Assembly (NCBI GenBank): GCA_964016885.1
Contig: OZ024743.1
Coordinates: forward strand, 86,304,001 to 86,368,000
Origin: Eledone cirrhosa
Taxonomy: Eukaryota
DNA: 64,000 nucleotides
Direction of reading: 5' to 3'
Part shown: positions 24,240 through 37,507 of the stretch, one piece after another
How positions within the stretch are numbered: position 1 is the first letter of the stretch
Layout of the letters: each line of letters begins with the position of its first letter
Notes under the pieces: generated by a model
What the model was told of the DNA's origin: nothing
The model's input: only the letters and a program-made list of their open reading frames with translations
The model's database searches: none
Position numbers and translations under genes: made by a program

Positions 24240-24818
24240 AGAGGATAGCGCTGTTCCTATATGACCAAACACTTCTTTTACATTTGAAAAGAAGGCTTTA
24301 AAGTCTTTGCGGTCTGCAGCTGCTTGTGCTATATTGGCTATCTGTTGCCACTAATTTTTCTTCATTTGCCGAAGACTGCTCTGAATTTTTGATTTCATAG
24401 CCTTAAACATGGTGTTTTGTTGGAATTTTCGGACTTTCCTAGAATGTGTATGCACATCTCTTGTTTTTCACGTCGAAGTCATTATTAGTGAACCAATCAG
24501 TCATTTTCTTGGATTTGAAACCCAAAGTGCTTGATTCAACTTCATAGACTTGAGATTTGAAACTCTCCCAAAGTTTATCTTTATCGAGAGTAATGCTCAT
24601 AAGTCCATCTTGAAAACTTTTCAACAGCATAAGGGATCTGAAGCATGCAGAGTTTATTCTCTTTGGTATTTTAGCCCCAGCCTTTCTGATTGTTTGCCTC
24701 ATTGAGAAATTACATTTTTCCCTAACAAGTCTATGGTCCGTCCAGTATTCTGCACCTTTCATTACGTGGACATTAGTGACGTCATTCAGGGCTGCTTTGC
24801 GAACTAATATACAGTCAC
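24240..24818 (-). mobile_element. RTE-like LINE fragment (APE C-terminus and linker)
   Basis: ORF 24439-24828: DCILVR..DVTNVHVMKGAEYWTDHRLV..DWF. Confidence 0.75.
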
Positions 24819-24831
24819 ATACATACATACA

Positions 24832-25264
24832 TGGTGGCTGCCAACTCGTTTTCGAGTACGGCCACTACTTTATATCCATGTAGGAGAACCCCTACCGATG
24901 CGCTGAACGAGTGTGACTTTTTAGTCCAGCGACTAAAGTCCAGCGACTCAAGTCCAGCGACTTGAAAACTCTGGTACAAACACTACACTTGTGACAATTA
25001 TTGACACATAGTGCTGGGCCCATGGTACCATGTGACGACAAGTGCAGAGAGATCTCCAGATATAAAGCAATGCCTGTGTCGTGAAGCTTTTACAATGAGC
25101 AAAGGCATTGCACAAAGCCAGTCCCACTCTCTTAACCAAGATGATATTTACCAAAAAGAAGAACAATTAAACATCATTGGATACCATCAGGGTTGCAGGT
25201 GTTATATCAGAGTTTTCCTTCTCCTGGAATTCTGCCTTGACAAAGGCTAAGGGGTCATCTCCCG
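24832..25264 (-). mobile_element. Non-autonomous RTE-derived element family A, lacking 5' module
   Basis: Near-identical to 28277-28691, 28990-29598 and 46752-47361; (TATG)n tail. Confidence 0.8.
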
Positions 25265-25293
25265 ATATACATACATACATACATACATACATA

Positions 25294-25753
25294 CTGGCTG
25301 CAACTCGATTTCGAGTAATGCCATCGCTTGATACTTAAGCATGAGCATCACGGATGTGGCTTTTTAGTCCTGCTAGGGACTTGCCTATGGCCAGCAATAC
25401 CATCCATCGCAAAAAATGTCACATATCAAGCAATGCTTGTGCTTGAAGCTTTTTTAAGTGAGAAAAGGCTTTGCACGGAGCCAATTCCAATCTCTGAACA
25501 TTGAATGTATTTGCCCCAAAAGAAGAACTGGCCTACATCACTGGATGCAAACGAAGTCGCAGGTTTTATATCAGATGTCTGCAAAAAAAAAAAAAACTTT
25601 ATTGGGTGGCCGTTGACTCTCCTGAGTTCCTCCACCCTTTAACGGGTTTTGTTTTTCATCCCGCAGGGTGTCCAAATTCTCCCTCCTCACCAAGCAAACT
25701 TGGTTGGGTTGCCGGTTTAGTCGCCGACGACCCGACCATGCACAGGTTGTACT
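25294..25753 (-). mobile_element. Non-autonomous RTE-derived element family B
   Basis: Its 5' module (25605-25753) is homologous to 29412-29560. The 3' end GGACTAAAAAGCCACAT..ACTCGAAATCGAGTTGCAGCCA resembles family A, but the middle differs. Confidence 0.7.
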
Positions 25754-26500
25754 TGACCGGCCGCCCCGGTCAGCGCCAGAGCTGGGGAGGCCGAGGGCGA
25801 GTGGGGCGAAATAGAACAGCCGCTCCCAGTCACTGGCTCGATTGGAGTCCAGGGCGCTCTCAATCGAGGAAGCGAGGGCATCGGCCACCGGCACCCGTGC
25901 TGCTCTCGGGATCCTGAGTGGGATATTCGGGAGCCGCCTGAGCCGAGCGATGTTGACCAGCGAGGCTCGGACGTCAGGCAAGCTCGCTGTCCTATCTGGT
26001 GGTGTGCCAGACGACCGTGGCTGGGAAGACATGGGGAAGAGGCAGCTCCTGCACCTCCACGCTGCGAGGGCATTGGAAGCTCGACGAGTCAAGCCAACGC
26101 AGGTGAGGTGGTGGAAGCAGCCGCACCCCAAACAGTTCCGGCCCCTCTTCCGTTTGTTAGTAGTGCCGCAAGTGCTGCAGGTGTCGATTTGGAGGGATGG
26201 GGGTTGGGGCGTGAGGCAGGGGACTGGGGCACCGAGAGGGCATCAGGGTGGGTGGCTGGTGTGTGTGTGGTTGGAAGGGAAAGTGGTGGTAAGAGGGCAG
26301 CATAGCTCACCTATATATATGGAGGTGCCAGAAAACGAGAGCGAAAAGGGGATGCATGGAGGGGGAGACACAGGAAGGTAGAATGGCAGTAAATGAATGA
26401 GTGAATGGATGGATGTACACACAAAACGGGGGGGGGGGGAACAAGGGGTTGTTCCCAGCGGAAAGACCCAGAATTCAGCACGCACACATGCGAGCAACTG
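25754..26500 (-). mobile_element. 5' portion of a CRE-like RLE non-LTR retrotransposon with N-terminal PHD finger
   Basis: Frame of ORF 25571-26131 reads CSTC..CLGCGCFHHLTC..WRCRSC (PHD, C4HC3) and then RIPRAAR..A..L..W..LF.F...L, a pre-RT motif I recall from animal CRE elements. GC-rich; 3'-truncated. Confidence 0.6.
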
Positions 26501-27308
26501 AGAAGTTTGTCAAAGACGATATTCTCAATGGACGCGCTTACAATATTTGAATATAACTGAACCGTCGTGTCATTTAATTTGACAAGTGGAGCAAGGTAAA
26601 AGGAGAATAGTGAATTAGGAGTGTCAATCCCTTGTGATTTTTTTGTTTGTTTGTTTTTCCCAATACCGGACTTACAGTTTTCCAGGATTTATACACATTT
26701 TTTTTTTTTTTTTCCCCTTCAAAAGGATGGAGGCGTTTTATCTCCTCATGAAACTGACATTACTTAATGATGTTCGTCATCTATGGCTTATTCATATGTA
26801 TTATTTCATAACTCTATAGAACTATTAGAATGTTTGTGCAGTGTTCTGTGTCCAGCCACGTTTGTACAACAGGTAAGAAAAATGATGATTCGGTGACGGT
26901 TTCTTCTGATAGGAGCCTCTTCCACGTCGGAAGATCGAAGTGTGTTTTCTTGTCTTCTTCAATACTTTCATAAACGGCTTCGGAGATTTAAAACTTATGT
27001 TTCAATTGGTGCTTCCATTTCCACACGGTTCTATTGTCTTATTTACAAAAATATATATTTCTATATATTTCTTTATTTATTTCTCTTCTTTTAGTATAAT
27101 ATAGCGAGTTGTCACCAGTGATGTTTGAAGTTCCTTGGAGTTGGTCAGAGTATCGCTTAAAGCTTTATTTGTAGCGCCTATCCTCATATACTCTGATCTA
27201 TAGTTCATCAGTGAAATAACAACCCAACCAGGAACTGGGCATATCAGAGTATTGACAAAGTTATACACCTCAATAACATGTGTACTCGTCTCTACCACAC
27301 TAATTCGG

Positions 27309-27365
27309 ACTGCCTGAAGAGGTCACAGCCAAAGATGGCTGTCACCGAAATATATATATAGCAGT
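27309..27365 (+). ncRNA. Minimal type-I hammerhead ribozyme
   Basis: ACTGC-CTGAAGA-GGTCACAGCC(aaagat)GGCTGTCACC-GAAA-TATATAT-ATA^-GCAGT. Palindromic stem III; AATAAA follows. Confidence 0.8.
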
Positions 27366-27508
27366 AATAAACGAAGCCAAATTTTAAACATTTGACTTAT
27401 TTATTTTATTTTATTTTACATTACTCCGGAGTAACCAAACCAACCTGCGCACTTCGTCGAGTGATCCAGCCTGCATACTGAGGTGTTGGTATACAACCAA
27501 CATTTACT

Positions 27509-27565
<57 letters not shown>

Positions 27566-27664
27566 TATACATATATACACACACACATACATATAGACAC
27601 ACATATACATACATACACACATACATGCCCACACACATACATATACACATATATATATTAACAA

Positions 27665-28265
27665 TTAACGGTGCTGCGATCGAATGTGGCTTTTTAGCCC
27701 AGCCAATGATCTAAAATGTCTGCACAGAGTTGACAACCAAAACATTCACTGGGAATAACCGGCTGTGGTTGGAATTCATGTACTTTTGCATGTCGTTTGA
27801 GCCCTCCTGCTGATCTACACTCTCTACCACATGCTTGGCAGGCATGATGAGTAGCATCTCGGACAGCAGCCTGGTAGTCAACCACTGGTCTCACTTTATG
27901 ACTGCGAAGATGACTTTCGAGTCCAGCTTTGCTGAGGCAGAGTCTCGCAGAGACGCTGCATATCAACGCCACATGAGGACCTTCGCTATCTGGAAATGCA
28001 ACAGCAATGCCTTTCCTCACATCCCGTTTTACTTTCTCGTATGCGATTCGAGATGTTTCAAAAGCACAGAAGAGAGCACACATGCTTTGTACACCTTCAC
28101 CTTTGTCTTCTTGCATATGTCTCGCCGACCCCAGAGTCGCCTTTCTAGCTATCCGAAAGCACCACTTGCTTTCCTAATCCTGGGTGGAATTTCATAATCA
28201 AGATTGCTGTATCGATTGACAGTGCTTCCCAAGTAGACAAACTGATCAACCACTCCAAATTGTTT
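27665..28265 (-). mobile_element. RTE-like LINE 3' end with C-terminal C2H2 zinc fingers, internally deleted
   Basis: VVDQFVYLGS..RIRKASGAFG; CLSKAGLESHLRSH; CQACGRECRSAGGLKRHAKVH; ends GLKSHIRSQHR*. Confidence 0.8.
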
Positions 28266-28276
28266 ACATGCATACA

Positions 28277-28691
28277 TGGTGGTAGCTGCCAACTCGTTTT
28301 CGAGTACGGCCACTACTTTATATCCATGTAGGAGAACCCCTACCGATGCGCTGAACAAGTGTGACTTTTTAGTCCAGCCAGCGACTTGAAAACTCTGGTA
28401 CAAACACTACACTTGTGACAATTATTGACACATAGTGCTGGACCCATGGTACCATGTGACGACAAGTGCAGAGAGATCTCCAGATATAAAGCAATGCCTG
28501 TGCCGTGAAGCTTTTATAGTGAGCAAAGGCACTGCACAAAGCCAGTCCCACTCTCTTAACCAAGATGATATTTACCAAAAAGAAGAACAAGTCAACATCT
28601 TTGGATACCATCAGGGTTGCAGGTGTTATATCAGAGTTTTCCTTCTCCTGGAATTCTGCCATGACAAAGGCTAAGGGGTCATCTCTCCCGG
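28277..28691 (-). mobile_element. Family A non-autonomous RTE derivative, lacking 5' module
   Basis: Copy of 28990-29401. Confidence 0.8.
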
Positions 28692-28989
28692 AAGATATAT
28701 ATATATATACATAATATATATAATTTATATATATACATATATATATCCACACATATATACATACATATACATATATATATACATATATATAAATATATAC
28801 ATATATATATATACATATATATATACATATATATATACATATACATATACATATATATATACATATATATACATATACATATACATATATATATACATAT
28901 ATATATACATATACATATATACATACATATACACATACATATACACACATATACACATACATACATACATACATACATACATACATACA

Positions 28990-29598
28990 TGGTGGCTGCC
29001 AACTCGTTTTCGAGTACGGCCACTACTTTATATCCATGTAGGAGAACCCCTGCTGATGCGCTGAACGAGTGTGACTTTTTAGTCCAGCCAGCGACTTGAA
29101 AGCTCTGGTACAAACACTACACTTGTGACAATTATTGACACATAGTGCTGGGCCCATGGTACCATGTGACGACAAATGCAGAGAGATCTCCAGATATAAA
29201 GCAATGCCTGTGCCGTGAAGCTTTTATAGTGAGCAAAGGCACTGCACAAAGCCAGTCCCACTCTCTTCACCAAGATGATATTTACCAAAAAGAAGAACAA
29301 GTCAACATCATTGGATACCATCAGGGTTGCAGGTGTTATATCAGAGTTTTCCTTCTCCTAGAATTCTGCCTTGACAAAGGCTAAGGGGTCATCTCTCCCG
29401 GTGATTTTGGATGGCCATTGACTCTTAAGAGCTCCTTTGCCTTTTGACAGGTTTTGTTTTTAGTCCTGCAGGATGTCCAAAGTCACCCTCCTCACCAAGA
29501 AACCTTGGTGGGGTTGCCAGTTTAGTCGCCAACGACCCGACCATGGGACAGGTTGTACTGGGATACATGTTACCAGTAGCACCAACTGGTGACCTGAC
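28990..29598 (-). mobile_element. Family A non-autonomous RTE derivative, full length (~610 bp) between (CATA)n tracts
   Basis: Same ends as 46752-47361. Confidence 0.85.
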
Positions 29599-29627
29599 AT
29601 ACATACATACATACATACATACATACA

Positions 29628-29660
<33 letters not shown>

Positions 29661-30745
29661 CACTGGAAGAAATCGGCTGCGTTCAGACCTGGTTACATCC
29701 CCATATATCAAGACGCCGCCTCTACAGTTGCATTAGAAGTTACGGGCTTATGCATGCATACGTGAATTTTTAGGCTAACAAGTGGACATTTTTTTAATGT
29801 TACGTTTGAAAATGAACTTAAAGAAGGCCAGACAGCAGTTACCACTAGTCTCATGGTAAATAAATATATACATATATACCAGGTCCGAACACAATGGAAC
29901 CAAACTCCCCCTGTCACTGTCTCTCGCGCTCTCCACATCTCTCACTATTATGAGAAAATGGGGACCACACGCTAGCCGCCCCGCGGTCCCGGCAGACAGA
30001 ATAGAGAAGGCATTTCCCCAGAGGATGGTGAGGGAGACGTACTGGAAGATCTATTCCAGCTCATGAGGCTCACACCTGCGGGTAGCCAACTCTGTGCCGA
30101 TGGTGGTCCTAGGGCCAAGGACACCAGAAGTCTCCACTGTTACGGGGTACCGATGGTGGTGAGTAGGGAGGTGATCCTTGAACCAAGGACACCAAGAAGT
30201 CGCCACTGTTACGGGATCGACCGCAAACCTGTAGGAGAGCGACCGATATTTGAAAATTATAACTTTTATTATGTCAACTATATTTTACAAAAAGAAGTTA
30301 TACAATGATGGAAATATGAAAATGAAAGATAAAAACAAAATTAAGTAATGAAAAGAGGGGAGAAGGGGTAAAAAAGGAGCAGATCTGGCTGTAAAGAAAA
30401 GTAGAGGAAAATACTTGGTACATGTCTTTGTAACCACACGTGCATGTGTGCATGTATCTCACTGACTATATAATTTAAAAGTCTATATGTAAAAGTCACT
30501 TCAAATCACTTGATAATTAATTAAAGGACTACTTTCATTGCTTTGCTACACTTCCACTCCACCCGGGGAAGGGGGGACAGGGAGAGGAGGGGTGGTATAA
30601 TGCTGTTGAGAGGGGAGGGGGAATTCCACATGGTTAGACAGAGTCATACTTTACATGTGGGTTGGCTGTTAGATCTGCTGGAGAGAGAGAAGGGCAGAAA
30701 GAGGAGGAGGAAGGGGAGAAGGAGGAAAGAGAAATAGAACAAAAA

Positions 30746-32830
30746 TCACCACACACCTACCACTACCACTACCACTACCACTACCACCACCACCACAACA
30801 TCAACAGCCACCACTACCACCACCACAACATCAACAGCCACCACCACCACCACTTCCACCACCACCACCACTACCACCACCACCGCTACCACCACTACCA
30901 CAACAATATCAACAGCCACCACTACCACCACCACATCAACAGCCACCACCACCACCACTTCCACCACCACCACTACCACCACCACCGCTACCACCACTAC
31001 CACAACAATATCAACAGCCACCACTACCACCACCACATCAACAGCCACCACCACCACTACCACCACCACATCAACAGCCACCACCACCACTACCACCACC
31101 ACCACCACCACTTCCACCACCACTACTCCTACCACCACCACCACCACCACAACATCAACAGCCACCACTACCAATACCAGCACCGCCACAACCACTACCA
31201 CCACCACCACCACCACCAACACTGCCACCACCATCAACAACATCACAAGCCACCACCACCACCACCACCACCACCACCACAACAACCACCACCACAACAT
31301 CAACAGCCACCACCACCACCACCACCACCACAACATCAACAGCCACCACCACCACCACCACCACCACAACATCAACAGCCACCACCACCACCACCACCAC
31401 CAACATCACCACCACCACCACAACCACAACATCAACAGCCACCACTACCAATACCACCACCACCACCACCACAACAAGAGAAAGTGAAAGATAGAGAGAA
31501 AGTGAGAGAGAGAGTGAGAGAGAGAGTGAGTGAAAGTGAGAGAGAGAGAGAGAGTGATAGATGGAGTGTGAGAGAGATGTGAGAGAGAGAGGGATGAGAG
31601 AGAGAGAGAGAGAGAGATGTCAAAGGTGAAGAGGTCAGAACTCAAAACTGGAAACAATAGGGAAAGCACTTAAAGGACCAAGGAGTGTGTGTGTGTGGAT
31701 GTGTATGCGTGTGGATGTGTATGTGTGTGGATGTGTAAGTGTGTGGATGTGTATGTGTGTGGATGTGTATGTGTGTGGATGTGTATGTGTGTGGGTGTGG
31801 ATGTGTATGGATGTGTAAGTGTGTGGATGTGTGTGTGGATGTGTATGTGTGTCGATGTGTATGTGTGTGTTTGTGGATGTGTATGTGTATGGATGTGTAA
31901 GTGTATGGATGTGTAAGTGTGTGGATGTGGATGTGTATGGATGTGTAAGTGTGTGGATGTGTGTGTGGATGTGTGTGTGGATGTGTATGTGTGTGGATGT
32001 GTAAGTGTGTGGATGTGTATGTGTGTGAATGTGTATGTGTGTGGATGTGTATGTGTGTGGATGTGTATGTGTGTGTGGATGTCTATGTGTGTGGGTGTGT
32101 ATGTGTGTGGATGGTATGCGACTGTATGTGTGTGTGTGTGTATGCTTATATGTGTGTATGTTTGTATGAATACGTGCTTGTCTGAACGCGCGAGTCTGTA
32201 TGTAAAAGTGTGTGCATCTGTGTGTATGAGTGCGTGTGTGTGTGTATGTGCGTGTGTGCATGTGTATGTGTGCGAGAGAGTGTGGGTGACTGTGTAAGTG
32301 AGTGTGTGTGTTAGTGTGTGTAAGTATGTGTAAGTGTGCGTAAGTGTGTGTGTGTGTGTGTGTGAAAGTGTGTATGTGTGTGTAAGTGTGTATGCGTAAC
32401 AATGGGTTGAAAGTGTCAATTTGGCGATGTGACACTTTCTGAAGCTGTGTCACGTGTTCAACATGATTTCCTCTCAAGACGTCGAAACCCCATTAATAGT
32501 TGTCCGGGTGACCACAACCTCCACCACCACTTCTACTACCACCACTACCACCACCACCACTACCTCTACCACCACCACCACCTCTACCAGCCACTACCAC
32601 CACCACCACCTCCACTACCACCACTACCACCACCACCTCCACTACCACCACTACCACCACCACCTCTACTACCACCACTACCACCACCGCCACCACCACC
32701 TCCACTACCACCACTACCACCACCACCACCACTACATCCACCATCACCACACTACCATCAACACCACTACCACCAACATCACCACCCCTCCTACCATTAC
32801 CTCCATCACCACCAACAACAACATTACTAA
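30746..32830. repeat. Compound simple repeats: (CAC)-rich 30746-31475, (GA)n 31480-31620, (GT)/GGATGT-rich 31685-32395, (CAC/TAC) 32510-32830
   Basis: Directly visible. Confidence 0.95.
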
Positions 32831-32856
32831 CATAAAACTGACCACAACCGCCAATA

Positions 32857-33037
32857 GGCAGTATCGATAGAGGGTCGGACGCCATGCTTCGCAGCATAGA
32901 GTTATGCCCTTTTACGGTCTGAGTTCAAATCCCGCTGAGGTTAACTTTGCTTTTCATCCTTACGGGGTCGATAAAATAAAGTACCAGTAATGCACTGGTA
33001 ATAGCTAGCCTTGTGCCAAAATTAGAAACAATTATTA
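32857..33037 (+). mobile_element. tRNA-derived SINE (Nin-like domain)
   Basis: A-box-like GGCAGTATCGATAG, B-box GAGTTCAAATCC, tail AGAAACAATTATT. Confidence 0.85.
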
Positions 33038-33234
33038 CCATAACTATCACCACCGCCACCATCACTATCATCCCCCCCATCACCACCACCACCATCACCA
33101 CCACCATCACCTCCGCTATCATAACACCATCACCACCACCACCATCATTACCCAATCATCACCACCACAATCACTAACACCATTACCATCATCATTACTG
33201 CCACCACCATAACCACCACCACAACCATCACCAC

Positions 33235-35376
33235 CACCACCATCTTCACAACGACCACCCACTCCTCAAATATATCTCCCCACTACCACCACCACCACCA
33301 CCACCACCACCACCACCATCTTCACAACGACCATCCCCCCTCCTAAAATATATCTCCCCACCATCACCACCACAACCACCACCACCACCATCTTCACAAC
33401 GACCATCCCCCTCCTAAAATATATCTCCCCACCACCACCACCATTACCACCACAACCACCGCCACCACCATCTTCACAACGACCATCCCCCCTCCTAAAA
33501 TATATCTCCCCACCATCACCACCACCACCATTACCACCACAACCACCGCCACCACCATCTTCACAACGACCATCCCCCCTCCTAAAATATATCTCCCCAC
33601 CACCACCACCACCACCATTACCACCACCATCTTCACAACGACCATCCCCCCTCCTAAAATATATCTCCCCACCACCACCACCACCACCACCATTATCACC
33701 ATTACCACCACAACCACCGCCACCACCATCTTCACAACGACCATCCCCCCTCCTAAAATATATCTCCCCACCACCACCACCACCACCACCACCATTATCA
33801 CCATTACCACCACAACCACCGCCACCACCATCTTCACAACGACCATCCCCCCTCCTAAAATATATCTCCCCACCACCACCACCACCACCACCATTATCAC
33901 CATTACCACCACAACCACCGCCACCACCATCTTCACAACGACCATCCCCCCTCCTAAAATATATCTCCCCACCACCACCACCACCACCACCATTATCACC
34001 ATTACCACCACAACCACCGCCACCACCATCTTCACAACGACCATCCCCCCTCCTAAAATATATCTCCCCACCACCACCACCACCACCACCATTATCACCA
34101 TTACCACCACAACCACCGCCACCACCATCTTCACAACGACCATCCCCCCTCCTAAAATATATCTCCCCACCACCACCACCACCACCACCATTATCACCAT
34201 TACCACCACAACCACCGCCACCACCATCTTCACAACGACCATCCCCCCTCCTAAAATATATCTCCCCACCACCACCACCACCACCACCATTATCACCATT
34301 ACCACCACAACCACCGCCACCACCATCTTCACAACGACCATCCCCCCTCCTAAAATATATCTCCCCACCACCACCACCACCACCACCATTATCACCATTA
34401 CCACCACAACCACCGCCACCACCATCTTCACAACGACCATCCCCCCTCCTAAAATATATCTCCCCACCACCACCACCACCACCATTACCACCACCATCTT
34501 CACAACGACCATCCCCCCTCCTAAAATATATCTCCCCACCACCACCACCACCACCACCATTATCACCATTACCACCACAACCACCGCCACCACCATCTTC
34601 ACAACGACCATCCCCCCTCCTAAAATATATCTCCCCACCACCACCACCACCACCACCATTATCACCATTACCACCACAACCACCGCCACCACCATCTTCA
34701 CAACGACCATCCCCCCTCCTAAAATATATCTCCCCACCACCACCACCACCACCACCATTATCACCATTACCACCACAACCACCGCCACCACCATCTTCAC
34801 AACGACCATCCCCCCTCCTAAAATATATCTCCCCACCATCACCACCACCACCATTACCACCACAACCACCGCCACCACCATCTTCACAACGACCATCCCC
34901 CCTCCTAAAATATATCTCCCCACCACCACCACCACCACCATTACCACCACCATCTTCACAACGACCATCCCCCCTCCTAAAATATATCTCCCCACCACCA
35001 CCACCACCACCACCATTATCACCATTACCACCACCACCACCATCTTCACAACGACCATCCCCCCTCCTAAAATATATCTCCCCACCACCACCACCACCAC
35101 CATTACCACCACCATCTTCACAACGACCATCCCCCCTCCTAAAATATATCTCCCCACCACCACCACCACCACCACCATTATCACCATTACCACCACAACC
35201 ACCGCCACCACCATCTTCACAACGACCATCCCCCCTCCTAAAATATATCTCCCCACCACCACCACCACCACCACCACCATTATCACCATTACCACCACAA
35301 CCACCGCCACCACCATCTTCACAACGACCATCCCCCCTCCTAAAATATATCTCCCCACCACCACCACCATTACCAC
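33235..35376. repeat. Minisatellite, ~23 units of 72-102 bp (core CATCTTCACAACGACCATCCCCCCTCCTAAAATATATCTCCC + variable CAC/CAT triplets)
   Basis: Directly visible tandem array. Confidence 0.97.
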
Positions 35377-35555
35377 TTAGAGGTTTAATAATCTTATTTT
35401 TAAAAACCGCACATTCATGTTCAGCCAATTTGGAGCGAGCAATCACACAAACACACTTACACATACACACAAACACACTTACACATACACACACGCACAT
35501 ATATAAATATCCATATATATATATACATTTATATATATATATATATACATACGTG

Positions 35556-35598
<43 letters not shown>

Positions 35599-35625
35599 CA
35601 TACATACATATACATACATACATAT

Positions 35626-35675
<50 letters not shown>

Positions 35676-36095
35676 CATACATTTATATATCATATTTCAT
35701 TATATATATAATATTTGTGTATGTATGTGTGTGTATATACACGTATGTGTATTTATGGTCGCGTTGCACATTAAAACCCTGTCTGTCACACATAGACACA
35801 TATATACATTCGTTACTGGTTTATACACTAGTTATTCACTAGTTAATTGCTGACACAGGCCGTGTCTAATTACACGTTTCCTGCCTGCATCCGCTTCGTA
35901 CTTGTTGCATCACTGATATTGCTGAAGACTGTACCTTTGGATTAATCCACATCTCTCTCCAGACAATGTATATACATATGTCTATGTGTTTATATTTACA
36001 ACTGATGTAGACAGGATCACTTGACGATGGTAAGTACGAACTTTAACATAACTGTATGTAATATAAACGATTTTACACACACAAACCCACACACG

Positions 36096-36126
<31 letters not shown>

Positions 36127-36242
36127 TTAAAACAACGATAGATGAATTGCAAAACGTAGTGTTTTTCTTACTAAAACATCATAATTTACTAGTTTTACCA
36201 GTTCTACCTACAGGTGAACCACATATCATAAATGGTATATAT

Positions 36243-36373
36243 ATAGGAAGAAGTATGACCCCGACAGCAGAGCTCAAGCCGTTTCGACGGCTATTTCTGT
36301 ATTTCTGGACTCAGTCCAGAAATAGCCCTCGAAACGGCTTGAGCTCTGCCGTCGGGGTCATACTTTTTCCTAT
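36243..36373. repeat. ~130 bp palindrome made of two inverted hammerhead 3' halves
   Basis: Right arm ..AGCCCTC-GAAAC-GGC..GCC-GTC^-GGGGTCA; the left arm is its reverse complement; the centre is hairpin TCTGGAC-TCA-GTCCAGA. Confidence 0.8.
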
Positions 36374-36920
36374 TTCCCACTCTACTACTCTAACTATTGA
36401 GTACTCTGGTGCGTTATGGTCCATCTGGTTCCTTACCACAATTCCTTTGTTATATATATATATTAGGTTTATATATATCAATATATATTGATATATATAT
36501 ATATATAGTCAATAAATGAAACAATACAAAATACAGGAAGCAAAATTAGTTATATTTGGTTTATATATATATCAATATATATTGATATATATATAAACCT
36601 AATATAACTATATAGTCAATAAATGAAACAAAACAAGACACAGGAAGCAAAATTACAGTTATATTAGGTTTATATATATCAATATATATCGATATATATA
36701 AACCTAATATAACTATATATATATATTTCGTTTCTGAATTTGTTTAGCAAGATTCTTTATCTGAAAACGTGTCTTGAAACCGATATTGTTATACTTTGGG
36801 AGGGTCATGTTGCCAATAAGAAACACACGCACCAGTTGCTTTCACTTCAATTTATTATATTAAATTTATATATTTCCGGTTGGTTGGTTGGTTCCACAAC
36901 CAGATGGTTGTTTATATATT

Positions 36921-36963
36921 GTCAAAGTTCTTTCGTCACACATTCTGTGACCTCTTCAGTGAC
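36921..36963 (-). ncRNA. Minimal hammerhead motif
   Basis: Reverse complement of 37508-37550. Confidence 0.65.
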
Positions 36964-37507
36964 TGGGGATTCTTTTCTTTGTTTTTTTGTTTTTTGTGCC
37001 TCTCCTTTGTTCTGTCCTACGCCATCTTGTTTTTGTGTGTGTGTTGTGTGCTTAGTTTGCGCATGTGTTACATCCGGGTGTCTGTGTGTGTTTATATTCG
37101 TTTATTTATTTGTTTATTTATATGTAAACTGGTTGGTTGTTTGTTCTATGTGCGTGTGTGTTTTCGTTTTGTCTAAACATTGCGTCAAAGACGCAAAGAC
37201 GTCAAAGACGCAATGTTTAGACAAATCACAGAGGCAATAAACATAAAAGAATTACAACCAAAATTAAATAGAAAACATGAGTGGAACAGCAACATCACAA
37301 CTTACAATTAAGAACAAAATGAAAACACACACGCACATAGAACAAACCTGAAACATGTAAATAAACAAATAAATAAACGAATATAAACACACACACAGAC
37401 ACCCGGATGTGGCGCATGCGCAGACTGAGCACACAACACACACACAGAAACAAGATGGCGTAGCACACAACAAAGGAGAGGCACAAAAACAAAGAAAAGA
37501 ATCCCCA

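Noticed and set aside
27694-28116. Host C2H2 zinc-finger gene
   Set aside because: Contiguous with RTE thumb motifs and an RTE-type terminus
25011-29384. Repeated 79-aa ORF (MLGPWYHV..) as a small gene family
   Set aside because: Antisense frame of the family A repeat; interrupted by a stop in the 46752 copy; no domain recognised
29960-30240. GC-rich patch with short direct repeat CCAAGGACACCA..CCACTGTTACGGG
   Set aside because: Possibly a decayed retroelement fragment, but no assignable motif
30662-32897. His/Pro/Val/Thr-rich ORFs
   Set aside because: Translations of CAC, GT and GA simple repeats
33235-35376. CRISPR-like repeat/spacer appearance
   Set aside because: Spacers are CAC triplet variants rather than unique sequences; no cas genes; eukaryotic context
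33266-35635. 789-aa Gly-rich ORF with repeated RGD (GEIYFRRGDGRCED) and a parallel 660-aa Val-rich ORF
   Set aside because: By-product of a triplet-based minisatellite. It starts in a TA/CA microsatellite, two frames are open, the core shows no synonymous variation, and there is no signal peptide.
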